From Camelus ferus (taxonomy: Eukaryota), in assembly GCF_009834535.1 (NCBI RefSeq), contig NC_045728.1:2790001-2854000 (forward strand): a DNA stretch of 64,000 nt. The letters are read 5' to 3'. The translations under genes and the position numbers were made by a program. The notes beneath the pieces are model-generated. The model was given only the letters and a program-made list of their open reading frames with translations, was not told the origin of the DNA and did not search any database. This document shows positions 34,470 through 45,120 of the stretch, in pieces. Positions within the stretch are counted from its first letter, which is position 1; the number at the start of each line of letters is the position of its first letter.

Positions 34470-34650
34470 AGGGGCGGACGCAGGTCACACAGGCAGAGGC
34501 AGGAGCGCCGGCCCTCTCTGCCCGACCCCCTGGGCGGGACGCCGGCCCTCCCCTGCCCCGAGGCGGGGACTTGCTCCGCCAGCCCCCCGGCCCCGGCCCG
34601 CGGAGGCGCAGGTCAGACCCTGCGAGGCTCCGGGCCCCCATAGGCCTGTG
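34470..34650. promoter_or_regulatory. CpG/GC-box patch directly downstream of the solo LTR
   Basis: GGGCGG at 34472 and 34533, further GC-box-like runs, and many CpGs. Confidence 0.35.
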
Positions 34651-35029
34651 GCAACGCACAGCAAGCCCCTCTCCCTTTCTGTCTGTTTCCTCTCACGTCT
34701 CCTGCCCTGGAGAATCCTGACAACTGCAAACGTCTATGTTTGCCTTTTCCTTGGGGTGTCTGTCCCCGAACACCCCCGTCACTCTCATCAGGTCGCTTAG
34801 GGTTGCATTCAGGGCCTCACTTGGCCCTCCCAAGTAAGCGCCTTCTTCCACGCTATTTAACTTAATTCCATCTTTGCCGTGTAAGGTGACGCTCACTCCT
34901 TGCTGTCCAAGGTAACAGTCGCAGTGCCAGGGGTTAGGAGGCTCATCTCTTTGGGGGGCCATGTTTTTGGCCCCCCACATGGGGAGCAGTATGCCTCTAG
35001 GCAGAGGAGAAGGAAACAAAGGAAAGAAA

Positions 35030-35110
35030 TAAAGGGAACTATATTCAGTATCTTCTAATAACCTATAATGCCAAAAAAAAAAGGAAAAAGAAAAAGAAAA
35101 GAAAAGAAAC
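35030..35110 (+). mobile_element. Very short L1 tail with a (GAAAA)n tail
   Basis: 'agggaactatattcagtatcttctaataacctataatg' then an A/GAAAA run. Confidence 0.75.
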
Positions 35111-35789
35111 TGTTAAAGAAACAGGAAGGGATAAAATATTGGCGAAAGATTCTAAGAGCCGGGGAGAACCCGGAGAAGGAACTGACCAAAAGCGAGTGAA
35201 AGGCTTGGTGAGCAGCATTAGGCTCCAAGAGCACGAATCCTCGCTGCCGCTGGGTTGAATGCATCTCCTCCCCCGCTGCTGACTGGGAGGAGGAGGGGGA
35301 GTCACTGTGCGTTATTAGCTCAGAACTAGGGTTTTGCTAGTCAGTGGTGCCCGCATCCTCTTCTGTGAGTGCCCCCTTGCAGGGGAGGAGGACGCACAGT
35401 CCGGGTCGCCTGAGCCGGCCCACTGCCAGCAGGGGACCAGACGGACCAGCACCACCAGCACCACCAGCCTTGCCAGCTGGCCTCTTGGTCACTTCAGAGC
35501 ACACAGCTAAGAGGTGTTGAAAGCAGGCTGTGCCGGTTTCCGGGAGCGATCAGGGGAGGGTGGACATTAACAAGGAAAAAGAACCGGGGCAGGATGTGTC
35601 CTGTGTGGACGTGGGACGGCAGGGGCAGGGAGTGGAGAGGGGGTGCTTGGAGGCAGGGAGTGCCCGGGGAGGGAGGGCGTGGTGGCCAGCAGGAGGACAG
35701 TGCTTGGGGAAGGGACTGCTGGTGGCACGCCACCTGTCCCTCCACAACCTGCAGCTGCTGTATTCACAGGACGCTGCTTGTTTCCTTAG

Positions 35790-35945
35790 CTCCGCCCACC
35801 AGGGGCATATTCTTGGGCAATTCACTTCACTTCTCCGGGCCTCAATTTTTTCATCAATAAAATGGGAATAAAAAAGAACATACCTATTTCAAAGAGTCGG
35901 TATGAGGATTCACAGAGTAACGCATACAGGGCCTAGGCCAGGGCC
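35790..35945 (+). mobile_element. MIR
   Basis: 'ttgggcaattcacttcacttctccgggcctcaattttttcatcaataaaatgggaataa...tatgaggattca'. Confidence 0.85.
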
Positions 35946-36767
35946 CTGGGACCAAGAGGCCCTTGCAGGGGCCAGCTTAGCCAGGATCCCTTGTGCCACC
36001 CTTGTGTCTGGCACTCAGAGCTCAGTGTGGTCCAGGCACCCCGATCCACGGTGAGTCCCTCTCCCCTGTCCCGAATCCACGTTTTCCCACCCTCTCTGCA
36101 AAACCCTACTCCCTGGGTTGCCGGCGAGCAGACTCACACCGCTGCCCCTCTAGGCTCCACGTGGGAGCTGCGGCTCCCAGCAGCGGCACGGACACCCCGC
36201 AGCATCCCCGGGGCTGCAGGTACCGCTCTCCCGCCTGCAGCATAAGGAGGCTCTCTCTCGGTCTGACAGCAGCCTCTTCTCACCTGCTTCTCTGCAGCCC
36301 AGGTACCCAGACAGCAATTTGTTCCAGATGCTGGGCAATTTGCAGAGTCCTGCTCAGCATGAAAAATATTTCCCCAGTGCTTATCAACCTCTGGCAAAGT
36401 TGGCTTTTCAAGCCTGCCAGCCAGTCTCCAGCACTCGGCTGGAAACATGTGGGCCTTTAATCATCGTTGTCCAAACACGGGAGGGGCCGCAGCCCGAGGA
36501 GACGGAACTCCCGCTGATGAAACCCCGGGGAGCCGCGCAGCCTCTCCCCCACTGCGCTCTGGATGGAAGCCCCCGGGAGTCGGCGTCTGTGAGTCTTCCT
36601 GGGAGATCTGCCTCCAGGACGCTGGGGAGGGCGCACCTGGAGGATCAAACGGGAGTCCCAGCGGAAGCAGAACCAGGGAAGTGTACAACACAGTCCAGGA
36701 AGGAAGTTGAATGAATCGGGCGCCTCCAGTGTCGGGGGCAGAGACAGTGCTGACGTGCCGTGCCTTG

Positions 36768-36915
36768 CTCCTCACAGTGTGGTCCGGGGACCAGCGGTAC
36801 CTGGGAGCTTCAGAAATGCAGACTCGCAGGCCCTACCCCAGACCAGCTGCATCAGAATCCGCATTTTAACCCAAGTCCCAGGCGATCCCTGTACAACGCG
36901 GTTTCAGAAGCGCTG
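36768..36915. mobile_element. MER5A1-type hAT MITE
   Basis: 'cagtgtggtccggggaccagc...cctgggagcttcagaaatgcaga...catcagaatccgcattttaac...ttcagaagcgctg'. Confidence 0.8.
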
Positions 36916-39871
36916 ATTTATGGGGCACAGATAAAGACCTTACTCCTTTCCCATCCCCAAATACCTCCTTCCATTCACTTCTGCTAGAGATGCTCGCGAT
37001 TTATACATTAATCACTTCCCAGTTAAGACCGGAAACGTCTTTTGAAAGCGGTTGCGATGCAGTCGTGATTACAGCAGGGCCCCACCTGCGCAGCCCTTCA
37101 GTGAACAACGACGTTAGGCCTTCCCTTAGACCGTCTGTGTCTCACCCGCAGGGCTTCTCGGAGACTCCGCAGCAGCAGCCCTCACAAACAATGCCTGTTA
37201 CAAGCCCCTGTGTTTGTTTCCTTAATCAGCAGTGATGTGAACCAGCCCAGAGGCCCGCCGAGGCAGCTCCGTGGTGGGAGAATGTCATTAACATGTCAAA
37301 AATGTTCTGCACGACAATCTCCAGGCATAGCTGCCGCCTTCCTCAAAATTAGTGCTGCCTGCAGTTTCTATGCGCAAGAGATGAAAAATTACCTGAGATC
37401 CCCAAGCCGTTCCTTGTGGCATGCACACTTTTCCTCCTGTGACCCCAGTGTCCAGCCGAGTGTCCGGCAAGCAGCCGGCTCTCAGTGTCCGCAGGACGGC
37501 TGAGTGCTCCTACCTGGCGCTGAGTGCCGGCTGCGCACCAGGCAGTGCGTTAGGCAGGCTCACGCTCCCCCTCCCTCTCCCTTGTCCTGCCGCAGTGTCT
37601 GTCACCTCCCCTAAAAGAAAGAGACATTCCGCTTAACCGTCCGGCGGACCAGGTGGTAACTGGCTCCCCTTCCCACGGTGGCCACCTGGTAGGGAGCTGA
37701 GCCGGTCGTTGGCTCTGAAGCGCGAGTTGCTTTCACCATGCCGTGTCGCCTCCCCATCCAGAGCTGAGTGGACAGAGGATGGTGGATGGTGAGAGGCCAC
37801 CTGAGGGCTCCTGGGCAAGGCTTGATTTTGAAGGGACTCACCCCCAGACACCCCTGAGAGTGAAGACTTATTTGTATGAGGCTGGAGAAAACCCCAAACC
37901 CATCCTGAATGGGGCAGTGGCCAGGCCATTGTCAGGTGACGGGAGCCAGGCTCTCGGGCCCCAGGGGCTCCTGTTCCCGGACGGCCCCTCACACCCTCAG
38001 CCTCACCTGGGACGAGACAGGCAGATTAGGATTCAACACGGGTTCCCAAGCAAACGCCCAAATCCTTCAGGGGGAATCAAGCTATGGAAATTAAAAACAG
38101 AAGTAATGATCGAAAGTCAGTTTCAGAGAGTGTCGAGGTAAAAACCTAGCGTCCGTCCAGGTCGCCACGGCCAGCGCCTCTCCCCGCGGTGTGGGGAGCC
38201 CGGGGTGCCCCTTGGTACGTGATTAGAGTCCCCCGTCTCGGTGCTCCCCCTCCCTCCTCGTCCCTGTGGGTCTGCGCCGACACCAGACACGATTAGGGCT
38301 GCATGATCGTTGCATGCCGCCAGGGCAGCGCGTCCGCAGACCTCCTCCTCAGAGGGGGCTGATTCCCACATTATGCATCTTTCATTTGACAAAACTCAGG
38401 GAGAACGCTCCCCCCTCCCCCCCTGTTTTCCCCAGACACAGACGAGGGGAGACGGCGGGCCCCCGGTGAGGTCTGAACCGTCAGACACTTCTCTCCTTCT
38501 TTCATTGCATTTGTTTCCTTTGATGGCGAAGTCTCCTTTCTCGACGGGTGTTTTGTGTGATTTATTTATTTTTTTATTTCTTCTTCCTCCTTGTTTTCCC
38601 CCTTAACTCCATCCTCTCCACAGAGCCCTGACCCCGCTGGCGTCAGTGGGAAAGGCCGGCCGGGCGCCCGCGGCTCAGACCATCCCCGCAGAGCTGCGGC
38701 CCAGAGGCCGACCTGGACGTCACGCCCAGCCAGCCGGACCCAGGACCACTCTCATGATCGGCCGCCGGCTCGAGGACATCAGATTTCATGTGTCATTTTC
38801 AATAAACGACCTAGGAAAGAGCAGTAAACTCCAGAAGCCAACTTTGCAACGAGCTCCGCGGTGCCTTCTGACTGGAGGGCAAGTGTAGTGGAGACTCAGA
38901 TCAATTATCTAAATAATTCAAACCCCAGACGCATTTCCCCTGGAAACGCTCAAATAATTGGAGCAAAGGGGGCTTTGGGGTGACCTGCATCCACGACTGC
39001 CTTCGTCATCTGCCCCGGAGCTTTGCCTGCCTGGCCCGGGACGGCGTCGGCAAGGCCGCAGGGGTGGGAGGAGTGGGCGGAACGTACCAGGTGCCTGTGT
39101 TCCAGGCTGTGCGTGAGGGGCCCGGCATCCACCCATCACCTGCGCCAAGGCGCGTGCACTGAGGCCTGGGTCTCCATGGGGCCAGTCTCCCCGGGGTGAT
39201 TCGTTCAAAGGATCACAGTTCGAAATTTATAAATGAGTCTTTAAAGAGATTGTGATTTCAACTCTCCTAAACTACGTGAAGAGACAGCGATATTTCCTAA
39301 AAACAAACTGAACACCTGCTCACCGCTCCAGCAGCCCCACAGCCCTCTCCGAACACCCCACGTTCTCCCCAGACGCCGAGCTCCCGCCGCAGGCCCTGGT
39401 CTCCTGCTCCTTTCTTGTGGCCTCCCACCTCGTGGTTACATCTCCTTTTCCTCTTTCCCTTGATTCTACATCGCAACAACTGCAGAGCCAGCTGTCAGAG
39501 ACTGACCTCGCCTTGGGAGGAAAGAGAGCTGCGCGGGCTGTGGACGGGGTGTAGCAACACGCTCACTGGTGGCCGGGCTGGTGGGCAGGGGACACTCGTG
39601 TGCTGGTGAAAACTGCCCCCATCTCACCAGCCGTGGGACAACCTTGAGAAGAGGACATTACTCTCTTTACTCCAAGGTGGACATGTGAAGCCCGGGCAAG
39701 CTGTGGAAGGCCACACACCTAACAAGAGACAACATTAGAACCAGGTGCGCGTGGCGGGCGACCACCCCCTTCCCCTCTGCACACACGTGTCCTGTGGAAG
39801 AGGTGAGCTGAGTCTGGGGCGAGAACAACAAGAACAGCGAGTCGTGTGAGCAGCTCCTCACCAACCCTTAG

Positions 39872-40468
39872 TGAGGCAGGTGTTGGCATGCGAGAGGGAA
39901 CCAAAGCACACTCAACAACACAGCAATCGGCACCAAGACGGCGGGAAAGTCAGCTCCCGGTAGACCTGGAGGCCCACGTGGCAGGAGGTTCGACCTCCTG
40001 GGGAACTGCAGCTACTTTACACACAATGTAAGGTGCTGGCATGGCGCCTGACACGCCCACGGGCACCAGGACGGCCTGAAGCTGCGAGTGGGTGCTCAAA
40101 GAGGGGGCGGGGCCGAGCCCTGGGACCCCAGCCCTCCCCCGAAGTCGCTGGAATAACCCCCCCGCTTGCCAGCGCAGGGACACTGGAGGCTCCGCGCCTC
40201 GAGGTCGCTCTCTCCCTCTCGCCTTCCGAGCCAGTCAGCACTCTGTCCCTGAAGTGTGTGTCTGCCTTTACTTTAACCGTCCCCCACCCGCCCCGCCGTG
40301 CACATCTCTCTAAATAAATCTGCTTTTACTCAGCTATGGCTCACAGTTGAATTCTTTCCTGTGAGAAGCCAAGGACTCACACTTGGCAGAGCACATCCTG
40401 GGGACTCAACAGAGACCTGGGACACGGCCATCCTCTCGTGCCCCCCCCCACTACTTTTTCCTGCATCG
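39872..40468 (+). mobile_element. MER41-like ERV1 solo LTR (5' boundary approximate)
   Basis: 'ccaagacggcgggaaagtcagctcccggtagacc', 'tgacacgcccacgggcacca', 'ggaataacccc', poly(A) region 'ctctaaataaatctgctttt' and U5 'ttgaattctttcctgtgagaagccaagga', ending 'tttttcctgcatc'. Confidence 0.75.
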
Positions 40469-40624
40469 TCTCTTCCTGTGTCAGTACTTCTGCTCTAAGT
40501 ATGAGCATTCAAATGTGTGAGTCCATCCAAAACAAATCAAGCCTAAAGAAAATTATGTATTTTTTTTAATTAGCCTGTATTCTGGGAGGAATCTGAGACA
40601 AAAATTTGGAGAGAATGTTGAACA

Positions 40625-40730
40625 GGAGAGAGAAGAGAGAGAGAGAAAGGGAGAGAAACAGAGAAGAAGATGGGGGAGAGGGGGGAGGAAGAGAAAATGG
40701 GACCAGGAAGGGGGAGAGAGACAGGAAGCT
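40625..40730. repeat. Polypurine (GA-rich) tract
   Basis: 'gagagaagagagagagagaaagggagagaaacagagaagaag...' is nearly pyrimidine-free. Confidence 0.85.
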
Positions 40731-41118
40731 ACAGCAGTTCTCATTTAGCTGTTTAGACAGAGAAGAGGACAAAGAAAAAGACTGGTGTGTGAATATGGAG
40801 CACACAGATGGAGGGACGTCCCCATCCTCCGGACGTCAGCCTTTCTCTGCTCCATCATCTCCTGGGTCTATTTATGAGTCAGAGGGACCCCTTTCTGAAT
40901 AAGCCACACTGCTATTTATGCTCTCATTTTAAAGAGCTATCTCCACTCTCTGCGTTTACCCCATGGGAACCTTTGCATAATTACTCAATTGATAACATTC
41001 TCCTGACCGGGAAAAAAAAAAAAAAAAAAGCCGAGAAAAGAAAGGCTCATTCTGAGTTTTCAGAACGCTGAGTCCAGAAGGAACAGAAATGATTTCTTAT
41101 TTCGCTCCTGTTCTGCAG

Positions 41119-41148
41119 TTGTACAGCGACACCCCGGCTTTGTGAATG
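41119..41148 (+). other. Candidate 30-nt micro-exon
   Basis: Acceptor 'tttcttatttcgctcctgttctgcag|' and donor 'aatg|gtaagt'. Length is a multiple of 3 and two of three frames are open. Confidence 0.3.
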
Positions 41149-42769
41149 GTAAGTAGGTAACTTACCATTATTACCCATTATTCATCCTATGAAAAATAAG
41201 TTCTCCAAACCCTTTCAAATGTCATGACGAATGGAGTGTCTTGAACTGACTGAGTACGTGGAACGTGGGGCAGAAGTTTCCCACCAATGTCCGTTCTCCC
41301 GAACGGTACCTTTTGATCTTGGTTCCCCAGCTCCCCCACCCCTTTTTCCCATCGGCCCCTCCCAGATGGCTTTCTTCCTAGAACCTCCACTCCACACAGA
41401 GTGTCAAATGCTTCTGAGAGTTTGGAGACGTGCTTCCGTCTCCCACCGCCAAGCCCCACCGTGCCAACTGTACAGAAATCCAGGGCGACGGGGCCAACAC
41501 CACCTGCTTGCTGGATTCCGTTCCCTCTCACCCTCCACGCTCGCTGCACCCAAGCTCTGGCACCCTCCCTCCAAGAGTGACCCGGTCACCTTGAAGCAGA
41601 AACACGCCAGGATGCGAGCCTGTACAGCAAGGAGACGGGAGTGTCTCTGCCAGCCTGGCAGGTGAGTGTCTCAGTAAGAAGTTTCCTTTGAAAGCACAGA
41701 TTCCACCAACGACCTCTTCATCTCCAAACGTGAGCCAAGCAAACAGCTATATCTCAAAATAGGATCTTAGAATGAAATTAATATTGATTACGAGGGGTAA
41801 AATGTGCCACATGGAAGAGAGTAAAAATTACTTCAGATGAGGGGGTGGGGAAACAGGATGAGAATAAAAATGACATGCTGGCAAGCACGATGAAACGGCA
41901 ATACGTCCAGTGTTGTTCAATCACCAAGGTAATTAATGGGAGAGTCTACAGGAATATATTAAGTTACCACTGAGTTGTGTGATGTTTCCTAAAATACTCA
42001 ACAGATTAAAGAATGCAGGAGGCCTTTTGAGAGACGGGTCTGAGGGCAGGAGACTGGATGTTAAGAAATCGGCTTGCGCTACACTGAGTTTACTCCTTGA
42101 CCCGCTCATCCACTGAACACGTAGTTTGTGTGAGAAAGCAAGAGATGCCACAGAAACAAGGCGGATCCCCGTCCTCGAGGTGACACGGACTCAGAGCGGG
42201 AGACCACAGCCAGCACCAGGACGGAGCCAGGAGCAGGTCACGGGTGGGGCCGAAGAGGGGGAGAGGCAGAGGCGGGTTCTACCTGGAAGAATGAGGAAAT
42301 TCCCAGCCACCCCACGTAGCAGCCTGCGACAGTGCAACAAGGTGGCGACTCCCGTGTGTGACCTGGGTTTGCTCTGTGAACGGAAATGCAGAGCTGAGAC
42401 CCGCTCCCCCGCGGAGGGAGGGCCGACCCAGAAAAGGGACCTGACTGCTGCTGACAAGCTCGCAGACAGAGCCGATCCCGCAGGCTGAACTCCAGACTCC
42501 AGAAGGCAGGCATGGGGGCGGAGGACTCCTTTTACGTCACTCTCTGGTCTTCAGTCTCTAGGCCCTGGGCTTCAAGCGGTAGGTGACCCTGGGCAACGCG
42601 TGTCTAGACCAACGGATGAGTCTGGGGGCAAAAAGGGAGGCATTTCTTCCTACTTGCTCTTGACTATTGATGGAGAGGACCATGAACCCAAAATCCAGGA
42701 CAAGCCATCGATGGCAAGACTCCTTAGATGTGCGTTACCTTCTGCTTACTTACAGGAGACGGCATATCA

Positions 42770-42990
42770 GAGCAGTTTAGAACAAGAGCCCTGGAGGCAA
42801 ATGCTTTCATTCATATCCTGACTCCACCACTGATCGGCTGAGCCATCTTGGAGATGTTATTTACTTGCCCTCCACCCCCCCCCCCCCCCGTCATTGTCTT
42901 TAAAATGGGAATAATCACAGGACTTCCCTCACGGGGCTGAAGATCAAAGAAGGTCCTGCACCCCACGCACTGCAGATAACCCCCTGCATG
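42770..42990 (+). mobile_element. MIR containing a poly-C run
   Basis: 'atatcctgactccaccactga...ttatttacttgcc...gtctttaaaatgggaataatcacagg'. Confidence 0.75.
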
Positions 42991-43556
42991 GAGCAAAACG
43001 CTCGGTAACGATTTGCTGTAAGATGTCTGTCATTTTTTTAAAAAATCTTAATTTTAATAAAGTCTCATTTGAGTTATTGTTTATCAATTTTTGAAACAAT
43101 GAATGAGAGCGCTGGGCCTCGCTGCAGGGTTGTGTGGAGGGGAGCGAAGGGCAGGGTACAGGAGTGACACGTCTGTCGGGCTGAACCGGCCAAGACGGTG
43201 GGCGTCACAGAGAAACGTGCAGGAGGAATTCATGGAAGAGGAATCAAGGTCCTGAGTTCCGGGAACCTCTCCCACCATGAAATTCTCCTTTCAAAGGTAG
43301 TCTTAAAGGGTCTGGGTTTTATTTTTATTATGGAATTTCATGCCAATGCTCCAAAAGAAAATTGAAAACCATGTCATTCTCTTGCATAAAATCCTGTACT
43401 GACTTCTGATTGGAATAAATTACATGCTCCTAATCTCTGCAGCTAATTCCCAGTGAGTCCTGGATATATCAGCCAGAAGCTTGGTTTTGAGGTCATTTCA
43501 TTGTCCCAAGTTCACTTCCCCCAGGTCAGGTAAGGGCAAATGCCATGCAAAGGGGG

Positions 43557-43603
43557 CACAGACAGACAGACAGACATACACCACCACCACCACCACCACC
43601 ACC
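43557..43603. repeat. (GACA)n followed by a (CAC)n microsatellite
   Basis: 'cacagacagacagacagacatacaccaccaccaccaccaccaccacca'. Confidence 0.85.
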
Positions 43604-43730
43604 AGTGACACGAATTGAAAATGTGAAAACGAGTTATTCAGTAAAAACTCATGAGAAAGCAGTGACAGAGCACACGCAGCCTCGGTCCTCACCCACAAAG
43701 AGCTCTGTCCAGGCTAGATGTGGCTGAGTG

Positions 43731-43952
43731 TGATACAGGGAATAAAAGGGAGCGATGTTTTGAGAGGATGGCCGTGTCCCTGTCTGGGTTGAGTCCCTGG
43801 GGTGTGCCCTGCCAAGTTAGGCTCCTCAGCTTCGCCAGGAAAGAATTCAAGTGCTGGATTTAAGTAGATTTATTTTGACTTTTCTGCCATCTCGGTGTTA
43901 ATTTCTGCGTCATTCTTCAATGGCTGTGTCCTGCCCCTTTCCCCCCGTCTCA
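43731..43952 (-). mobile_element. Internally deleted MER41-like solo LTR retaining both termini
   Basis: Minus strand starts 'tgagacggggggaaaggggcaggacacagcc' (43952) and ends '...ccctgtatca' (43731). The U5 part shares exact 19-mer and 15-mer stretches with 40312-40440. Confidence 0.8.
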
Positions 43953-44289
43953 GGCGCACTGTGGCCCAAGAGAGGCCCCACCGCTTTGCACATATTTCTA
44001 CTAAACTACACACTCGTGGGAGGGTTGAGAGGGGGCAGAGAACTGTCTCGTCAATAGTTTAACAGTGGAAACTTCCTTCTCAAAGACGTGGAATTACTAG
44101 AAAGAGGACAGGTATCAGCCTCGGGTATCAGCCTGTCCATTGAGCTGACTCAGGCCTGCCCAGCTGGCATCTGGCGGAGCTGTCAAAACGGGGAGGGGAT
44201 GAGTTTCCAAGGCCCAGAATGCCCAGTTGCCATAGGCCCAGTGTGTCTGTCTCACAGATGCTGAGGGCTTTCTGTTACCATCTTAGCTG

Positions 44290-45120
44290 CCACCCGCGAG
44301 TTACTGTCTCCTGAACCCAAGTTTCCAGCCTGGGCTTCTTACCAGACCTTCAGATGGACATTTTTCCTACCTTGTCTCATGACACCCCCTACTCAGCGTA
44401 GCTAGAAACAGGTGGTCCTCTCTCCCTAAAGCCTGCTCCTGTGCCTAACCTTCTTGCCATCGTCGACTGTCCCACCATCCACTCTGATGGACCCACCATC
44501 CAAACCAAAACCTGGCCATCACCTGGGCCTTCACACTGCGGAGAACTAAGGTTTGCATTTAAGTCGCTTCCCTCCATGTCTCCATGGCTGGGCCAGCCAC
44601 TGACAGACTCTCCCTAGAAGCGTGAAGTCTCACGAGCTTCAGAAGCCGAAAGGTTGCGCCGAAGCCAAAACCATCAGCTCCCAGGCAGACAAAGAACGAA
44701 TTTGATTCTCTGTGTGATGGTTCCTTCTAATCAGACCTTCCAAAGATTAAGTTAACTCCATTCCCATCACCAGGTACCCCTATACCCTCAACATCTATCT
44801 TTTTCATTAATTTCTACTCTGAACCTCCAAACTTGAGTATTTGAAAATCTCCTTGAGTCTACGTGCTGTGAGAGCAACCAGCGTTTCACTACCAGCATCC
44901 TGCTCAGCTTGGGAGGATGTACGAGATGGGTCCAGACTCAATCAGATGGCAAGCCCACAGGTGACCAGGATTTCACTTCTCAGCATCCACCCTCAGTGTT
45001 CTGCTCCCAGACTCACCAACTGTTCTGCTTAATAGCCTTCAGTGACTCCCACTGCCCACAGTATGAAGCTCAAGGCTAGGTCTCCCACAGGGTCTGACAG
45101 GCCATTTCTGGTCTGATTTC
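44290..45120 (+). mobile_element. L2 fragments (44290-44530, 44750-45120)
   Basis: 'ccagcctgggcttct...cagatggacatttttcc...tcctctctccctaaagcctgctcctg' and 'ttaatagccttcagtgactcccactgccca'. Confidence 0.6.

Larger units (their letters stand above)
33765..34980 (-). mobile_element. MLT1 (MaLR LTR) pieces at 33765-34000 and 34720-34980, separated by a younger LTR and a CpG patch
   Basis: 'gcagcttaaaacaatccaaatgtatcctctcatgactctggaggcc...aaaatcaaggtgtcc' and 'ttaacttaattccatct...aaggtaacagtcgcagtgccaggggttaggag...ttggggggcca'. Confidence 0.7.

Noticed and set aside
39982-40000. 8-bp hairpin CAGGAGGT-TCG-ACCTCCTG in the LTR, and a 9-bp GC palindrome near 55596-55614
   Set aside because: Stems of this length are expected by chance in GC-rich DNA.
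39872-40468. STAT1 GAS motif expected in MER41-type LTRs
   Set aside because: I found no intact TTCCNGGAA. The nearest text is 'tcctggggaa', so interferon-inducible enhancer activity is not supported.
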